Part shown: piece after piece, positions 1-7,504 of the stretch
Position numbering within the stretch: position 1 is the stretch's first letter
Layout of the letters: every line of letters starts with the position of its first letter
From: a virus
DNA: 57,999 nt
Reading direction: 5' to 3' (one strand)
IMG/VR virus record: IMGVR_UViG_3300031962_000004
Location: 1 to 57,999 of that record
Made by a program: the position numbers and the translations under genes
The notes under the pieces: generated by a model
Told to the model about the DNA's origin: nothing
The model's database searches: none
Seen by the model: only the letters and a program-made list of their open reading frames with translations

Positions 1-127
1 GGTGAAGCTCGGTCTGACCGCGGGGGCGCTGTGGCCGAAGCCCAAGACCGATTTGGACCACGTTCAAGCGAGCGCGTTCGGCAGTCCCCTGGATGAGCCG
101 GGCGCTAGCTGGGCCACTATCGAGGCG
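1..127. repeat. Terminal duplication, copy 1 (identical to 57873-57999); circular-contig overlap
   Basis: Base-by-base identity of 1-127 with 57873-57999. Confidence 0.97.
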
Positions 128-157
128 CGGCTAGCGACGATGTACTCGCTGGCGTAG
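1..157 (+). CDS. Peptidase M15 (LAS metallopeptidase) endolysin, C-terminal part; continues the ORF from 57478-57999 across the circular junction
   Basis: Reading frame from base 2 continues the 57478 ORF; contains the ..TDLDHVQ.. segment; TAG at 155-157. Confidence 0.8.
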   Translation, partial: VKLGLTAGALWPKPKTDLDHVQASAFGSPLDEPGASWATIEARLATMYSLA

Positions 158-158
158 C

Positions 159-254
159 TTAGGCGCGGATGCGAGCTTCTTCCTCCGAGAACAGCACGAC
201 GTTTGCTGATTCCATCCCATCCGCATACGCCCGCAAGGCGCCAGCTCCGGTCAC
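159..254 (-). CDS. Micro-ORF, 31 aa, last gene of the leftward early operon
   Basis: GTG at 254 overlaps the upstream stop (GTGA); TAA at 159-161; below the ORF-track size cutoff. Confidence 0.2.
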   Translation of the reverse strand: MTGAGALRAYADGMESANVVLFSEEEARIRA

Positions 255-481
255 GGCTTCCTGATCTCCGCCAGGATGGCGTTTCCGACGTGTTTATCCC
301 TGCCACTGCGTAAAATGTCTGCATTTCTGGACGCAACTCCGTCTGCTTCTCGTGCTGCGCGCCCCAGGGCTTCGGCGGAGGGGAGCAGGTATGCAGTAGC
401 TTTGAAAAGTGAGCCATCAGAGCGAATGGATTCTACATTCGACGGACAAGTATCTGGAACTTCCACCATCAGCAGTTTCAC
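251..481 (-). CDS. Hypothetical protein, about 76 aa
   Basis: GTG at 481 overlaps the upstream TGA in the junction GTGAAGAAGCCGAAGTGA; alternative ATG at 469; same frame as track ORF 251..655. Confidence 0.5.
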   Translation of the reverse strand: MKLLMVEVPDTCPSNVESIRSDGSLFKATAYLLPSAEALGRAAREADGVASRNADILRSGRDKHVGNAILAEIRKP

Positions 482-636
482 TTCGGCTTCTTCACTTCTA
501 CCCATTGCTTGACGATGAGCGCCACACCAATAGTGATTAACGCCATGTGGACGACGATAAAGAAACCCGTAGGACGAGAGTTGAGGGCAAACAGCGCAAT
601 GCCAGCAACTACGTATAACCAACCACGATATTTCAT
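478..636 (-). CDS. Small membrane protein, 52 aa, two hydrophobic helices
   Basis: ATG at 636 in an ATGA overlap preceded by AAGGAG; MKYRGWLYVVAGIALFAL...MALITIGVALIV. Confidence 0.6.
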   Translation of the reverse strand: MKYRGWLYVVAGIALFALNSRPTGFFIVVHMALITIGVALIVKQWVEVKKPK

Positions 637-1055
637 TTCGGCTCCTTCTCGCCATTCAGCCGCCGCTCCCACTCCGCAAGCAGGGCGGGACGATTGCAGT
701 AGCATTTGGATTTAATCGTTCTCACTGGCTCTAGTGGAGCATCGAGCACTTCGACCTCTCCCCTATCTCCGCAGTTGGGGCACTTCCGGCGCACATTGTC
801 GATAGCCATGTCGATCACCGGACTATTAAGCAACGCTTCCAGGAAGGCGCCCGTATTTAACTTCTGTCGTTGTGCTTCCGCCTCGCCTTCGATATGAACA
901 TGCCCGGTCCAGTTACGTGGCTGGCAGTCTTGCTGAAGCGCGCGCAACTCCCCCAGCCTCGTGATCAGGCGCTCGTGAATGCCCATCAGAGCATTACAGA
1001 TGTGGCAACTGACTAGATTGAGTCCGTGAATGCAACCGCCCACGACTTCGCTCAC
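633..1055 (-). CDS. Cys-rich hypothetical protein, 140 aa
   Basis: Track ORF; GTG start in a GTGA overlap; CxxC pairs (SCHIC, CPNCGDRG). Confidence 0.65.
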   Translation of the reverse strand: MSEVVGGCIHGLNLVSCHICNALMGIHERLITRLGELRALQQDCQPRNWTGHVHIEGEAEAQRQKLNTGAFLEALLNSPVIDMAIDNVRRKCPNCGDRGEVEVLDAPLEPVRTIKSKCYCNRPALLAEWERRLNGEKEPK

Positions 1056-1198
1056 TTCGGCTCCTTATCGTTTGCTACCTTGCGCAGCAACGTCAGACAC
1101 GTCCCGCAGCGGTGACACGCGATGATTCCAGTCGTTCCGCAATGCGGACAGGGACCGTTGGGGCGCGGTACTGCTGTCTTGGTTTGAGGGTCAGGCAC
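1052..1198 (-). CDS. Zinc-ribbon micro-protein, 48 aa
   Basis: GTG at 1198 follows AAGGAGCCAC; CPHCGTTG...CHRCGTC (DnaJ-type CxxCGxxG-like). Confidence 0.5.
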   Translation of the reverse strand: MPDPQTKTAVPRPNGPCPHCGTTGIIACHRCGTCLTLLRKVANDKEPK

Positions 1199-1529
1199 GT
1201 GGCTCCTTCTCGCGGACCGCGTCGGCCTTGGCGCGCACCCGCCTGTTGCGAACATAGTTCGTGTTGTAGGCGCGCCGCCTTTCCCGCTGCTCGGCAGTAT
1301 ATTTTCGCGCACGTGTACCTCTCTCGCCTCTCTCGCCAGTCAAGGCAAATAGAAGCCGTGCCGCACCCTTCGCTTTGACGCTGTCATCCTCAGCGTCCTT
1401 GGCAATGGCGACCTGTAATTGCATGGCGCGAGCTACAAGATCCATGCACTCGCCGCATAGTACTAATGCGGGCCGCACTCCAGTCTTGGGATGTAAGTCA
1501 AAGGCCCCTAGGTGTTCACACTCTTTCAT
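1191..1529 (-). CDS. Hypothetical protein, 112 aa, basic C-terminus
   Basis: Track ORF; MKECEH...CGEC; Arg-rich tail. Confidence 0.6.
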   Translation of the reverse strand: MKECEHLGAFDLHPKTGVRPALVLCGECMDLVARAMQLQVAIAKDAEDDSVKAKGAARLLFALTGERGERGTRARKYTAEQRERRRAYNTNYVRNRRVRAKADAVREKEPRA

Positions 1530-1567
1530 GTAATCCCATCAATTGGCGGTGTCGATTGTCTTAATTT

Positions 1568-1897
1568 TCATTTCGGCTCCTTCTCGCGAGCGGCGTTCAC
1601 GCGGCGCTGGAGTTCGTCGCGCTCCGCTCGTAGTCCTATCACTTGCTTTGCCTGAGCGTCGGCGCGATGTCCGGTGCCATCACCATTCTTAATCCATTGA
1701 CGCTTCCGGCATTTCTCTAGCTTTGGCAGTTTCATTGAGCAGACTGAAACCATTGACCGCCGCCCAGCGCATAAGGCATATGACAATATCTGCATATTGG
1801 GAGACTTCTCGACCACAATCAGCGTGATCCAATCACCGTCCTCGCTGATCTTTAGCCGCCGCGTGTGTCCCGCGTTGTTCTGGTAGGAGACGTTCAT
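1568..1897 (-). CDS. Hypothetical protein, 109 aa
   Basis: ATG at 1897 in an ATGA overlap with the stop of 1894..2292; internal start of track ORF 1568..2008. Confidence 0.6.
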   Translation of the reverse strand: MNVSYQNNAGHTRRLKISEDGDWITLIVVEKSPNMQILSYALCAGRRSMVSVCSMKLPKLEKCRKRQWIKNGDGTGHRADAQAKQVIGLRAERDELQRRVNAAREKEPK

Positions 1898-2292
1898 GCT
1901 GCCCCCGCGATCTGCTTCGGCGCTTTCCCGCCCGGCAGCCGGAACTCGGGATGCTCCGTGATCATGTGCTGCGTCATATCCCCGAACGTTTTGTTGCAGC
2001 AGGGGCATACTCCATGCGCGATGCGGCGCTCCACCTTGCGCTTCTCCCTGACGGCCTTGTCGCGTTCACGCTGGGCGACCAGTCGCGCGTGCGCGGCCTC
2101 ATTGAGTTTAGCCTGAAGCGCACTGATCTCCGCGTCCTTCTGTTCGCGCAGCACTTCAACCGAACTCTTTACGAAGGTCTGAACATGCCCATTAGGACAA
2201 TAAAAGTTCCTCTGATCGCTGCGGCGTTCACTGCACCAGTGTTCGGGCACGCCAAACGCACTCCCGCAGCTACAACAGGTAAGCGTCGTCAC
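1894..2292 (-). CDS. Zinc-finger / coiled-coil protein, 132 aa
   Basis: N-terminal CCSCG...C; central coiled coil; C-terminal C2H2-like CPCCNKTFGDMTQHMITEH. Confidence 0.65.
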   Translation of the reverse strand: MTTLTCCSCGSAFGVPEHWCSERRSDQRNFYCPNGHVQTFVKSSVEVLREQKDAEISALQAKLNEAAHARLVAQRERDKAVREKRKVERRIAHGVCPCCNKTFGDMTQHMITEHPEFRLPGGKAPKQIAGAA

Positions 2293-2483
2293 ACAGCCCC
2301 CTTTTGTTTCCGGCGCAACTTTGGCGGCAGTTCCTGCGGCATCTCCGTGAACGGCATGGCTTGGGAGAGCAGCCGTTCTACAAGCACGTACAGTTTGTCG
2401 TTGTGTTTGGCGGCCAGCGCCTTGATCTGCTTGTACAGAGCCGGAGAGATAGGTACGTTAAGATGGGGGGTTTTGGATGCCAT
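2289..2483 (-). CDS. Ribbon-helix-helix (Arc/CopG-like) DNA-binding protein; first gene of the leftward operon
   Basis: HLNVPISPALYKQIKALAAKHNDKLYVLVERLLSQAM fits a strand-helix-helix pattern; sits next to palindromic sites. Confidence 0.6.
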   Translation of the reverse strand: MASKTPHLNVPISPALYKQIKALAAKHNDKLYVLVERLLSQAMPFTEMPQELPPKLRRKQKGAV

Positions 2484-2657
2484 GCGCTTCTGATCTTAAG
2501 GTACCTTTAAGAAAAATACAAGCCCACAGTTGAAATAGGGGCTTGACAGCCTTAAAGAAAGGTTTAAGCTAGTAATCAAGGCCGGGGCGCGCAACCTAAG
2601 CCGCTCCCTCCGAGGCGGCGGCGGATGCAGTCAGCGCCCCGGCCCGGAAGGATCATC
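2484..2657. promoter_or_regulatory. Divergent early control region with two TTAAG-type dyads and a TTGACA -35 box
   Basis: CTTAAGGTACCTTTAAG at 2495-2511; CTTAAAGAAAGGTTTAAG at 2551-2568; TTGACA at 2543-2548; AT-rich relative to flanks. Confidence 0.5.
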
Positions 2658-2900
2658 ATGAGACTGTACCTAGAATCTGCGGGCGATTTCAGCATCAAGA
2701 TGCACAAAGGGACGACCACAAAATGCTCAACGATTAGCGTTGCTGATGCGCGTAACCTGTGGCAGTCTGGACAGGTTACAGACACCAACATCGCGTTTCA
2801 ACGGCTAGTTGAGCATAATTTCGACCTAGGGGCAGTCAGGCGTTATTACGCCGATCAGCATGATAGGTGGGTTAAGCGCAACGCGGAGGCCGCCCAATGA
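2658..2900 (+). CDS. Hypothetical protein, 80 aa; first gene of the rightward early operon
   Basis: ATG at 2658, with GGAAGGA ending 5 nt upstream; same frame as track ORF 2625..2900. Confidence 0.6.
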   Translation: MRLYLESAGDFSIKMHKGTTTKCSTISVADARNLWQSGQVTDTNIAFQRLVEHNFDLGAVRRYYADQHDRWVKRNAEAAQ

Positions 2901-3067
2901 AGTTTCGGTGCAGGAAAAACAACTCTCACGTGACTGAGTCAATCGACTGGTCTAAGGGTACAGACGGGGGACCTGTGCCTTACGTAGACCTCACTGGTCA
3001 CGCTTGCCCGATTTGCGGACATGAACTTGAGCCCGAAGTTACAGCAATGGAGGAAGCCGCCAAATGA
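2897..3067 (+). CDS. Zinc-ribbon micro-protein, 56 aa
   Basis: ATGA overlaps at both ends; MKFRCRKN...HACPICGHE; below the ORF-track cutoff. Confidence 0.5.
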   Translation: MKFRCRKNNSHVTESIDWSKGTDGGPVPYVDLTGHACPICGHELEPEVTAMEEAAK

Positions 3068-3315
3068 CCTTCGACAATATGGATGATTACGCCAGCGATT
3101 TTTCCTCGGGGACCTGCCCTTCCTGTGGCCGCTCCATCTACATCGAGTCCGGCTGCGTGGCTTCCTGTCACCACTGCGGCTGGAGCGCGGAGCCGAGCCA
3201 GGATGAGCGGGAGGTTGAGCGCGAAGCCGAACTGGACGACCTGGGCGACGAGCCGATCATGCTGCGCGCGCTCGATGGCAGTGTGAAGGCGTGGCCGAAG
3301 GGAGAGGTGAGATGA
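3064..3315 (+). CDS. Zinc-ribbon protein, 83 aa, acidic tail
   Basis: Track ORF; CPSCG...CHHCG. Confidence 0.65.
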   Translation: MTFDNMDDYASDFSSGTCPSCGRSIYIESGCVASCHHCGWSAEPSQDEREVEREAELDDLGDEPIMLRALDGSVKAWPKGEVR

Positions 3316-3512
3316 GCATAGAGACCGAAGGACTAGGGCTGGCCGCGACTTCGCTTGAGCTGGCACGGGCTACGCTCGAACTAAAGGACCAGCGCGACCA
3401 ACTACTGGCATGGCTGAAATGGAGCGTAAGCCACGCCGATGAGTGCCTAGGCGACCATCCATTACAGATTGACGCAGCTAGGCGCCTTATCGCCGCTGCG
3501 GAGTCCCAATGA
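3312..3512 (+). CDS. Hypothetical protein, 66 aa
   Basis: ATG at 3312 in an ATGA overlap; internal start of track ORF 3291..3512. Confidence 0.55.
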   Translation: MSIETEGLGLAATSLELARATLELKDQRDQLLAWLKWSVSHADECLGDHPLQIDAARRLIAAAESQ

Positions 3513-4249
3513 CGCCCGCCAAGCAGGACGCCGGGGCGCTGGCACCGATCGAGCGCATCGACGTGGCCGCGCAACTCATGCAGGTGATCGCCGCGAACCC
3601 GACCGCTGGTGCCGAGAACCTGAAGGCGCTGCTCGACGGGATGGAGCGCATCACTAAGTGGCAGGCGGAGCAGGAGTTCACGGCTGCGTTCGCGCGGCTG
3701 AAGTTCCCGCCGTTCCGCAAGACCGCCAAGGGGCACAACGCTAAGTACGCGCCCATGGAAGACATCCAGGAGGTCATCGACCCGATCCTGGCCGCGGAGG
3801 GCTTCACGCTCACCTACTCATCCGGCGAGGCCAACGCCAAAGGCGAGATCCCCACCTTCGGGCTGCTCTCTCACGTCGCCGGCCACTCGCGGACTGGGGT
3901 GATCTACCTGCCGGCCGATGTGACTAAAACGCACAGCGGGTTCACCACCATGAACGCCTTGCAGTCGGTCGGATCGAGCACTTCCTACGGGATGCGGTAT
4001 GTCGCGAAGCTGATGCTGAATCTCCGGTTTGTTTCCGATGATGATGATGGCGCGGCCATCGGCTACATAAACCAGACGCGGATAGACAACATTGAAGACC
4101 TGATCCACGAGTGCGGCGAGCAGGTGCGCGCGCCGTTCCTGAACTTCGTTGGCGCCAAGGCGGTAAGCGAGATCCAGAACGGCGGGTACACAGCGGCAAT
4201 TAACTATCTGGTTGCTAAAAGGCGGCAGATTGCGGAGAAGGCAAAGTGA
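3509..4249 (+). CDS. erf: ERF-family single-strand annealing protein
   Basis: QSVGSSTSYGMRYVAKLMLNLRFVSDDDDG is the ERF signature region; lies next to an exonuclease gene. Confidence 0.8.
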   Translation: MTPAKQDAGALAPIERIDVAAQLMQVIAANPTAGAENLKALLDGMERITKWQAEQEFTAAFARLKFPPFRKTAKGHNAKYAPMEDIQEVIDPILAAEGFTLTYSSGEANAKGEIPTFGLLSHVAGHSRTGVIYLPADVTKTHSGFTTMNALQSVGSSTSYGMRYVAKLMLNLRFVSDDDDGAAIGYINQTRIDNIEDLIHECGEQVRAPFLNFVGAKAVSEIQNGGYTAAINYLVAKRRQIAEKAK

Positions 4250-4746
4250 AAGCGCTAGACCTTACCGGCCATCGCTACGGAAGATTAACTGTACTACGCC
4301 TGTTCGGACAGAAGGTGATTAACGGTGACACTAGGCGACTCTGGCTCTGTCGATGTGAATGTGGAAAGGAACTGAAAATTACCACTTCCCGTCTGCGCGC
4401 TGAGACGCGAGCATGTGTGAACTGTTCTCATCGCAAGCATGGCCATAGCGCGGGAGGAAAGGTATCGCCCGAATACAAGGTTTGGCAGGGTATGTGGCAG
4501 CGCTGCACAAATCCTCACTCGACCCGGTGGCGTCTCTATGGCTGGCGCGGGATTCGCGTCTGTAACCGCTGGCGCTCATTTGAGAACTTCTTTACAGACA
4601 TGGGGCCTAGGCCATCGGCGCGGCACTCAATCGACCGGATAAACCCGTGGAAAGGATACAGACCATCGAATTGCAAGTGGTCTGACCCGATTCAGCAACG
4701 GCATAGCAGAAGAGACTATGTTGCAGCGCATGGGAGGGTGGCGTGA
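4246..4746 (+). CDS. Conserved phage Zn-ribbon protein with a C-terminal DRIxxxxGYxPxNCxW motif (often annotated HNH/AP2-like); function unknown
   Basis: GHRYGRLTV...WLCRCECG...CVNC; SIDRINPWKGYRPSNCKWS. Confidence 0.45.
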   Translation: MKALDLTGHRYGRLTVLRLFGQKVINGDTRRLWLCRCECGKELKITTSRLRAETRACVNCSHRKHGHSAGGKVSPEYKVWQGMWQRCTNPHSTRWRLYGWRGIRVCNRWRSFENFFTDMGPRPSARHSIDRINPWKGYRPSNCKWSDPIQQRHSRRDYVAAHGRVA

Positions 4747-5477
4747 AGTTCTACGATGTGGACCCGCGCTCCGATGAGTGGCGACATTTGCGCCTGGGAA
4801 TACCGACCGCCTCACAATTCCACCGCATCCTAACACCGAAGACTCGCAAGCTATCCAGCCAGTCCGAAAAGTATATGTGTGAACTTTTGAGCGAATGGAT
4901 TACGGGCGAAGAGATCCATGTCACCGAGGGAGAGTCAGAATACAGGTCGATGTATATGCAGCGCGGCCAGGACATCGAGGACAAAATCTGGAAAGCCTAT
5001 GAGGCGTTCGCAGAAGTTGAGACCTCGCGCGGCGGCTTCTTTACTACTGACGACGGCATGATCGGGTGTTCACCGGACAGACTCATTGGAACGAACGGAG
5101 ACTTGGAAGCAAAAGCGCCTAAAATCAACACACAGGTGCGCTATGCTCTTTCGGGTCCAGATGAAGATTATATCTGCCAGCTTCAAGGGCGGCTCTACAT
5201 CCACGAGCGGGAGTTCGTAGAGATTTTTCCCTGGCACGAGCGGCTGTTCATCCCGCCTGTTCGCGTTTATCGCGATGAGAAGTTCATCGCGGACCTCAAG
5301 AGCACGCTGGCGGCGTTCGTGGACACGATGCTCAACTGCCGGGTGAAGCTGGAGCAGCGCTACGGCCCGTTCACGCGGCCGACGGCAGAGGAGCCGTACA
5401 GCGGCGGAGATTTCATTACACAGGAGGACGAGGACATGATTCTGAAAGACGTAAGGGAGAGACGGAATGCCCGTTAA
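4743..5477 (+). CDS. YqaJ/lambda-Exo-like recombination exonuclease (PD-(D/E)XK)
   Basis: SDEWRHLRLGIPTASQFHRIL; GCSPDRL; LEAKAPK; YICQLQGRLYI. Confidence 0.8.
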   Translation: MKFYDVDPRSDEWRHLRLGIPTASQFHRILTPKTRKLSSQSEKYMCELLSEWITGEEIHVTEGESEYRSMYMQRGQDIEDKIWKAYEAFAEVETSRGGFFTTDDGMIGCSPDRLIGTNGDLEAKAPKINTQVRYALSGPDEDYICQLQGRLYIHEREFVEIFPWHERLFIPPVRVYRDEKFIADLKSTLAAFVDTMLNCRVKLEQRYGPFTRPTAEEPYSGGDFITQEDEDMILKDVRERRNAR

Positions 5478-5751
5478 AAAAGAACGTGCAGTACTCGTGA
5501 CGACCGCTCACAGAGGAGTTTTCTTCGGCTATGCCGCCGAGACGGGAGGGGCGACAATTAAGTTGCGGAACGCGCGACTGTGTGTCTATTGGTCAGCAGA
5601 CCTGCGGGGCTTTATGGGGCTCGCATCGCATGGACCTAGTTCCAGTTGCAAAATCGGACCTGCTGCCGACATTGAACTGCGCGACATAACTTCGGTTTCG
5701 GAAGTGACTCCGGAAGCCGCTGATCGATGGGAGAAAGCCAAGTGGGCCTGA
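5467..5751 (+). CDS. Hypothetical protein, 94 aa
   Basis: Track ORF; 11-nt overlap with the upstream gene. Confidence 0.6.
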   Translation: MPVKKERAVLVTTAHRGVFFGYAAETGGATIKLRNARLCVYWSADLRGFMGLASHGPSSSCKIGPAADIELRDITSVSEVTPEAADRWEKAKWA

Positions 5752-6440
5752 TTCGCGGCGTGCTGCCCAATTGGGCTGAGGCATTCTCCGGCTACGGCGA
5801 CGGCGACGGCGACGGCGACGGCTCCGGCTCCGGCGACGGCTACGGCGACGGCTCCGGCTCCGGCTACGGCTACGGCTACGGCGACGGCTACGGCGACGGC
5901 TCCGGCTCCGGCTACGGCTACGGCTACGGCGACGGCTCCGGCTCCGGCGACGGCGACGGCTCCGGCTCCGGCTCCGGCGACGGCTACGGCTCCGGCTACG
6001 GCGACGGCTACGGCGACGGCTCCGGCTACGGCTACGGCTACGGCGACGGCGACGGCGACGGCGACGGCTCCGGCTCCGGCTACGGCGACGGCTCCGGCTC
6101 CGGCTCCGGCGACGGCTATTGGCGGCTTATCGCTGCGCGATTCGCCGCCGAATGGGAACACGTAAAGGGCTTCATCGCATTTTGGAAATCTGATAAGGAC
6201 GGCCTGCCATCAAATGGAGGCCATGAAACCGACAACGCCCGGCCTGGACTGGTGCGGACCATTAGTGGCCCGCTCGAAATATGCACGCGCCGCGCTTTGC
6301 ATGGAACTCTAAGTCCGGATAAGTGGAAAGGTGAGCGTCTGTGGATTGTGGCTTTGCGCGGAGAGATCCAGGGTCAAGATGACAAAGTTGGAGCGCTTGA
6401 GCGCGAGATTATTTGCGAGGTGACAAGTGCCACGAGCTAA
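5727..6440 (+). CDS. Protein with a 110-aa (Gly-Asp/Ser/Tyr)55 tract plus a globular C-terminal domain of about 105 aa
   Basis: Track ORF; alternative GTG at 5742 after GGGAGAA; C-terminal domain WRLIAARF...ICTRRALHGT...EREIICEV. Confidence 0.7.
   Translation: MGESQVGLIRGVLPNWAEAFSGYGDGDGDGDGSGSGDGYGDGSGSGYGYGYGDGYGDGSGSGYGYGYGDGSGSGDGDGSGSGSGDGYGSGYGDGYGDGSGYGYGYGDGDGDGDGSGSGYGDGSGSGSGDGYWRLIAARFAAEWEHVKGFIAFWKSDKDGLPSNGGHETDNARPGLVRTISGPLEICTRRALHGTLSPDKWKGERLWIVALRGEIQGQDDKVGALEREIICEVTSATS
5790..6119 (+). repeat. 55 in-frame hexanucleotide units GGC-(GAC|TCC|TAC)
   Basis: Every Gly is GGC; Asp GAC, Ser TCC, Tyr TAC, with only the final Tyr TAT. Confidence 0.95.
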
Positions 6441-6636
6441 AACCGCAGAGGAAGTAATCGACACGTACCTGAGCACAGCCACGCAGGCCAAGCTGGAGCG
6501 GCTGCAAAGCGACCTGCGGGCCGTACTGCGCTGGAAGTTCAATGTGGGTGCGGAGTCTGCGCCGACCAAGCGCGCCCGCAAGCCTAAGGACTCCGCGAAG
6601 CTCCCGCTGGCCGCGATAGGAGAGGGCAATGGCTAA
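6427..6636 (+). CDS. Hypothetical protein, 69 aa
   Basis: Track ORF; GTG start after GAGGTGA. Confidence 0.55.
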   Translation: MPRAKTAEEVIDTYLSTATQAKLERLQSDLRAVLRWKFNVGAESAPTKRARKPKDSAKLPLAAIGEGNG

Positions 6637-6847
6637 AGGTTATGACGTGAAGTGCGGAGAACTTGCCACGCTGTTCCTGGAAGATAAATATGGCGTGCCG
6701 CCTGTGGGCTCCGTGGACGGACTGGCGCAAGCTATCCAGGACGCGATAGAGGATTGGATGAGATTCGATGACGAGTTGGCCGGGCCGAAGGTGGCCGACA
6801 GCACGCCAGCAATTCAAACAGAGCGCGAGTCGCGGAGGAAGCCATGA
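6629..6847 (+). CDS. Hypothetical acidic protein, 72 aa
   Basis: Track ORF. Confidence 0.6.
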   Translation: MAKGYDVKCGELATLFLEDKYGVPPVGSVDGLAQAIQDAIEDWMRFDDELAGPKVADSTPAIQTERESRRKP

Positions 6848-6996
6848 TCGCCCTCGCTGCCGTATCCGCGCTTGCGCTCACCGCCTGGCTGCTCAACCGC
6901 TTCTGGCGCGCGCCGTGTATCCTCTGTGGCCGCAGCGACCGGGCCTGCCTTACATGTGCCAGGGAAGCGGACAAGCGAATGCGAGGCGCGCAATGA
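6844..6996 (+). CDS. Membrane-anchored CxxC...CxxC micro-protein, 50 aa
   Basis: ATGA overlaps at both ends; MIALAAVSALALTAWLL...CILCG...CLTC. Confidence 0.45.
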   Translation: MIALAAVSALALTAWLLNRFWRAPCILCGRSDRACLTCAREADKRMRGAQ

Positions 6997-7214
6997 GCAA
7001 CGTCCACATCTACACCGCTCCTTTGCAGTCCGCCACTCAGTTCGTGGACCGCAATATCAAGCCACCTATCTGGCATCGGAACAAGCCGCGTACGCCGATT
7101 CATTGCTGGGCCTGTTGGCGGCGCAGGTGGGCAAAGTACCTACGTGTCCAGGTGTACTATGACAGCATCCGCTTTTGGTGCGCTCCGGGACGCGGATGCA
7201 AAAAGGAACGATGA
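6993..7214 (+). CDS. Hypothetical Trp/Cys-rich protein, 73 aa
   Basis: ATG at 6993 in an ATGA overlap; same frame as track ORF 6768..7214. Confidence 0.5.
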   Translation: MSNVHIYTAPLQSATQFVDRNIKPPIWHRNKPRTPIHCWACWRRRWAKYLRVQVYYDSIRFWCAPGRGCKKER

Positions 7215-7504
7215 GACGGCGCCCCCGCACTGACGCGAACTCCATGGAGATCGTCAAGGCGCTCCGGCAGCTCGGCTGCTCAGTTCGCATCACCTCCGCG
7301 TTGGGCCACGGATTCCCTGACCTGGCTGTCGGCCGCGCTGGGGTTAATCTGTTCCTCGAGGTGAAGGATGGCACGCGCATCCCGAGCCAGCGCAAGCTCA
7401 AGCTGGATGAGCAGCGTTTCAAGGACACCTGGGCGGGCCAGTACTACGTGGTCGAGAGCGTTGAAGAGGCTGTGGATTACGTGTTGGCGGAGTGCGGACA
7501 ATGA
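7211..7504 (+). CDS. VRR-NUC / Holliday-junction-resolvase-like PD-(D/E)XK nuclease
   Basis: GFPDLAV...NLFLEVK (D...ExK); ATGA start at 7211. Confidence 0.65.
   Translation: MRRRPRTDANSMEIVKALRQLGCSVRITSALGHGFPDLAVGRAGVNLFLEVKDGTRIPSQRKLKLDEQRFKDTWAGQYYVVESVEEAVDYVLAECGQ

Noticed and set aside
64-417. 117-aa minus-strand track ORF overlapping the endolysin 3' end
   Set aside because: It overlaps the endolysin tail and the better-supported coupled genes 159-254 and 251-481 in other frames, and its sequence looks random.
5790-6119. Periodic repeat considered as a CRISPR array or satellite
   Set aside because: The period is 6 bp with no spacers, lies entirely in frame inside an ORF, and no cas genes are present.
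5586-6161. 191-aa minus-strand (Ala-Val/Ala-Gly)n ORF
   Set aside because: It is the mirror image of the GGC-KMC hexamer tract. The plus-strand frame continues into a plausible globular domain and is embedded in the coupled operon; the minus frame is not.
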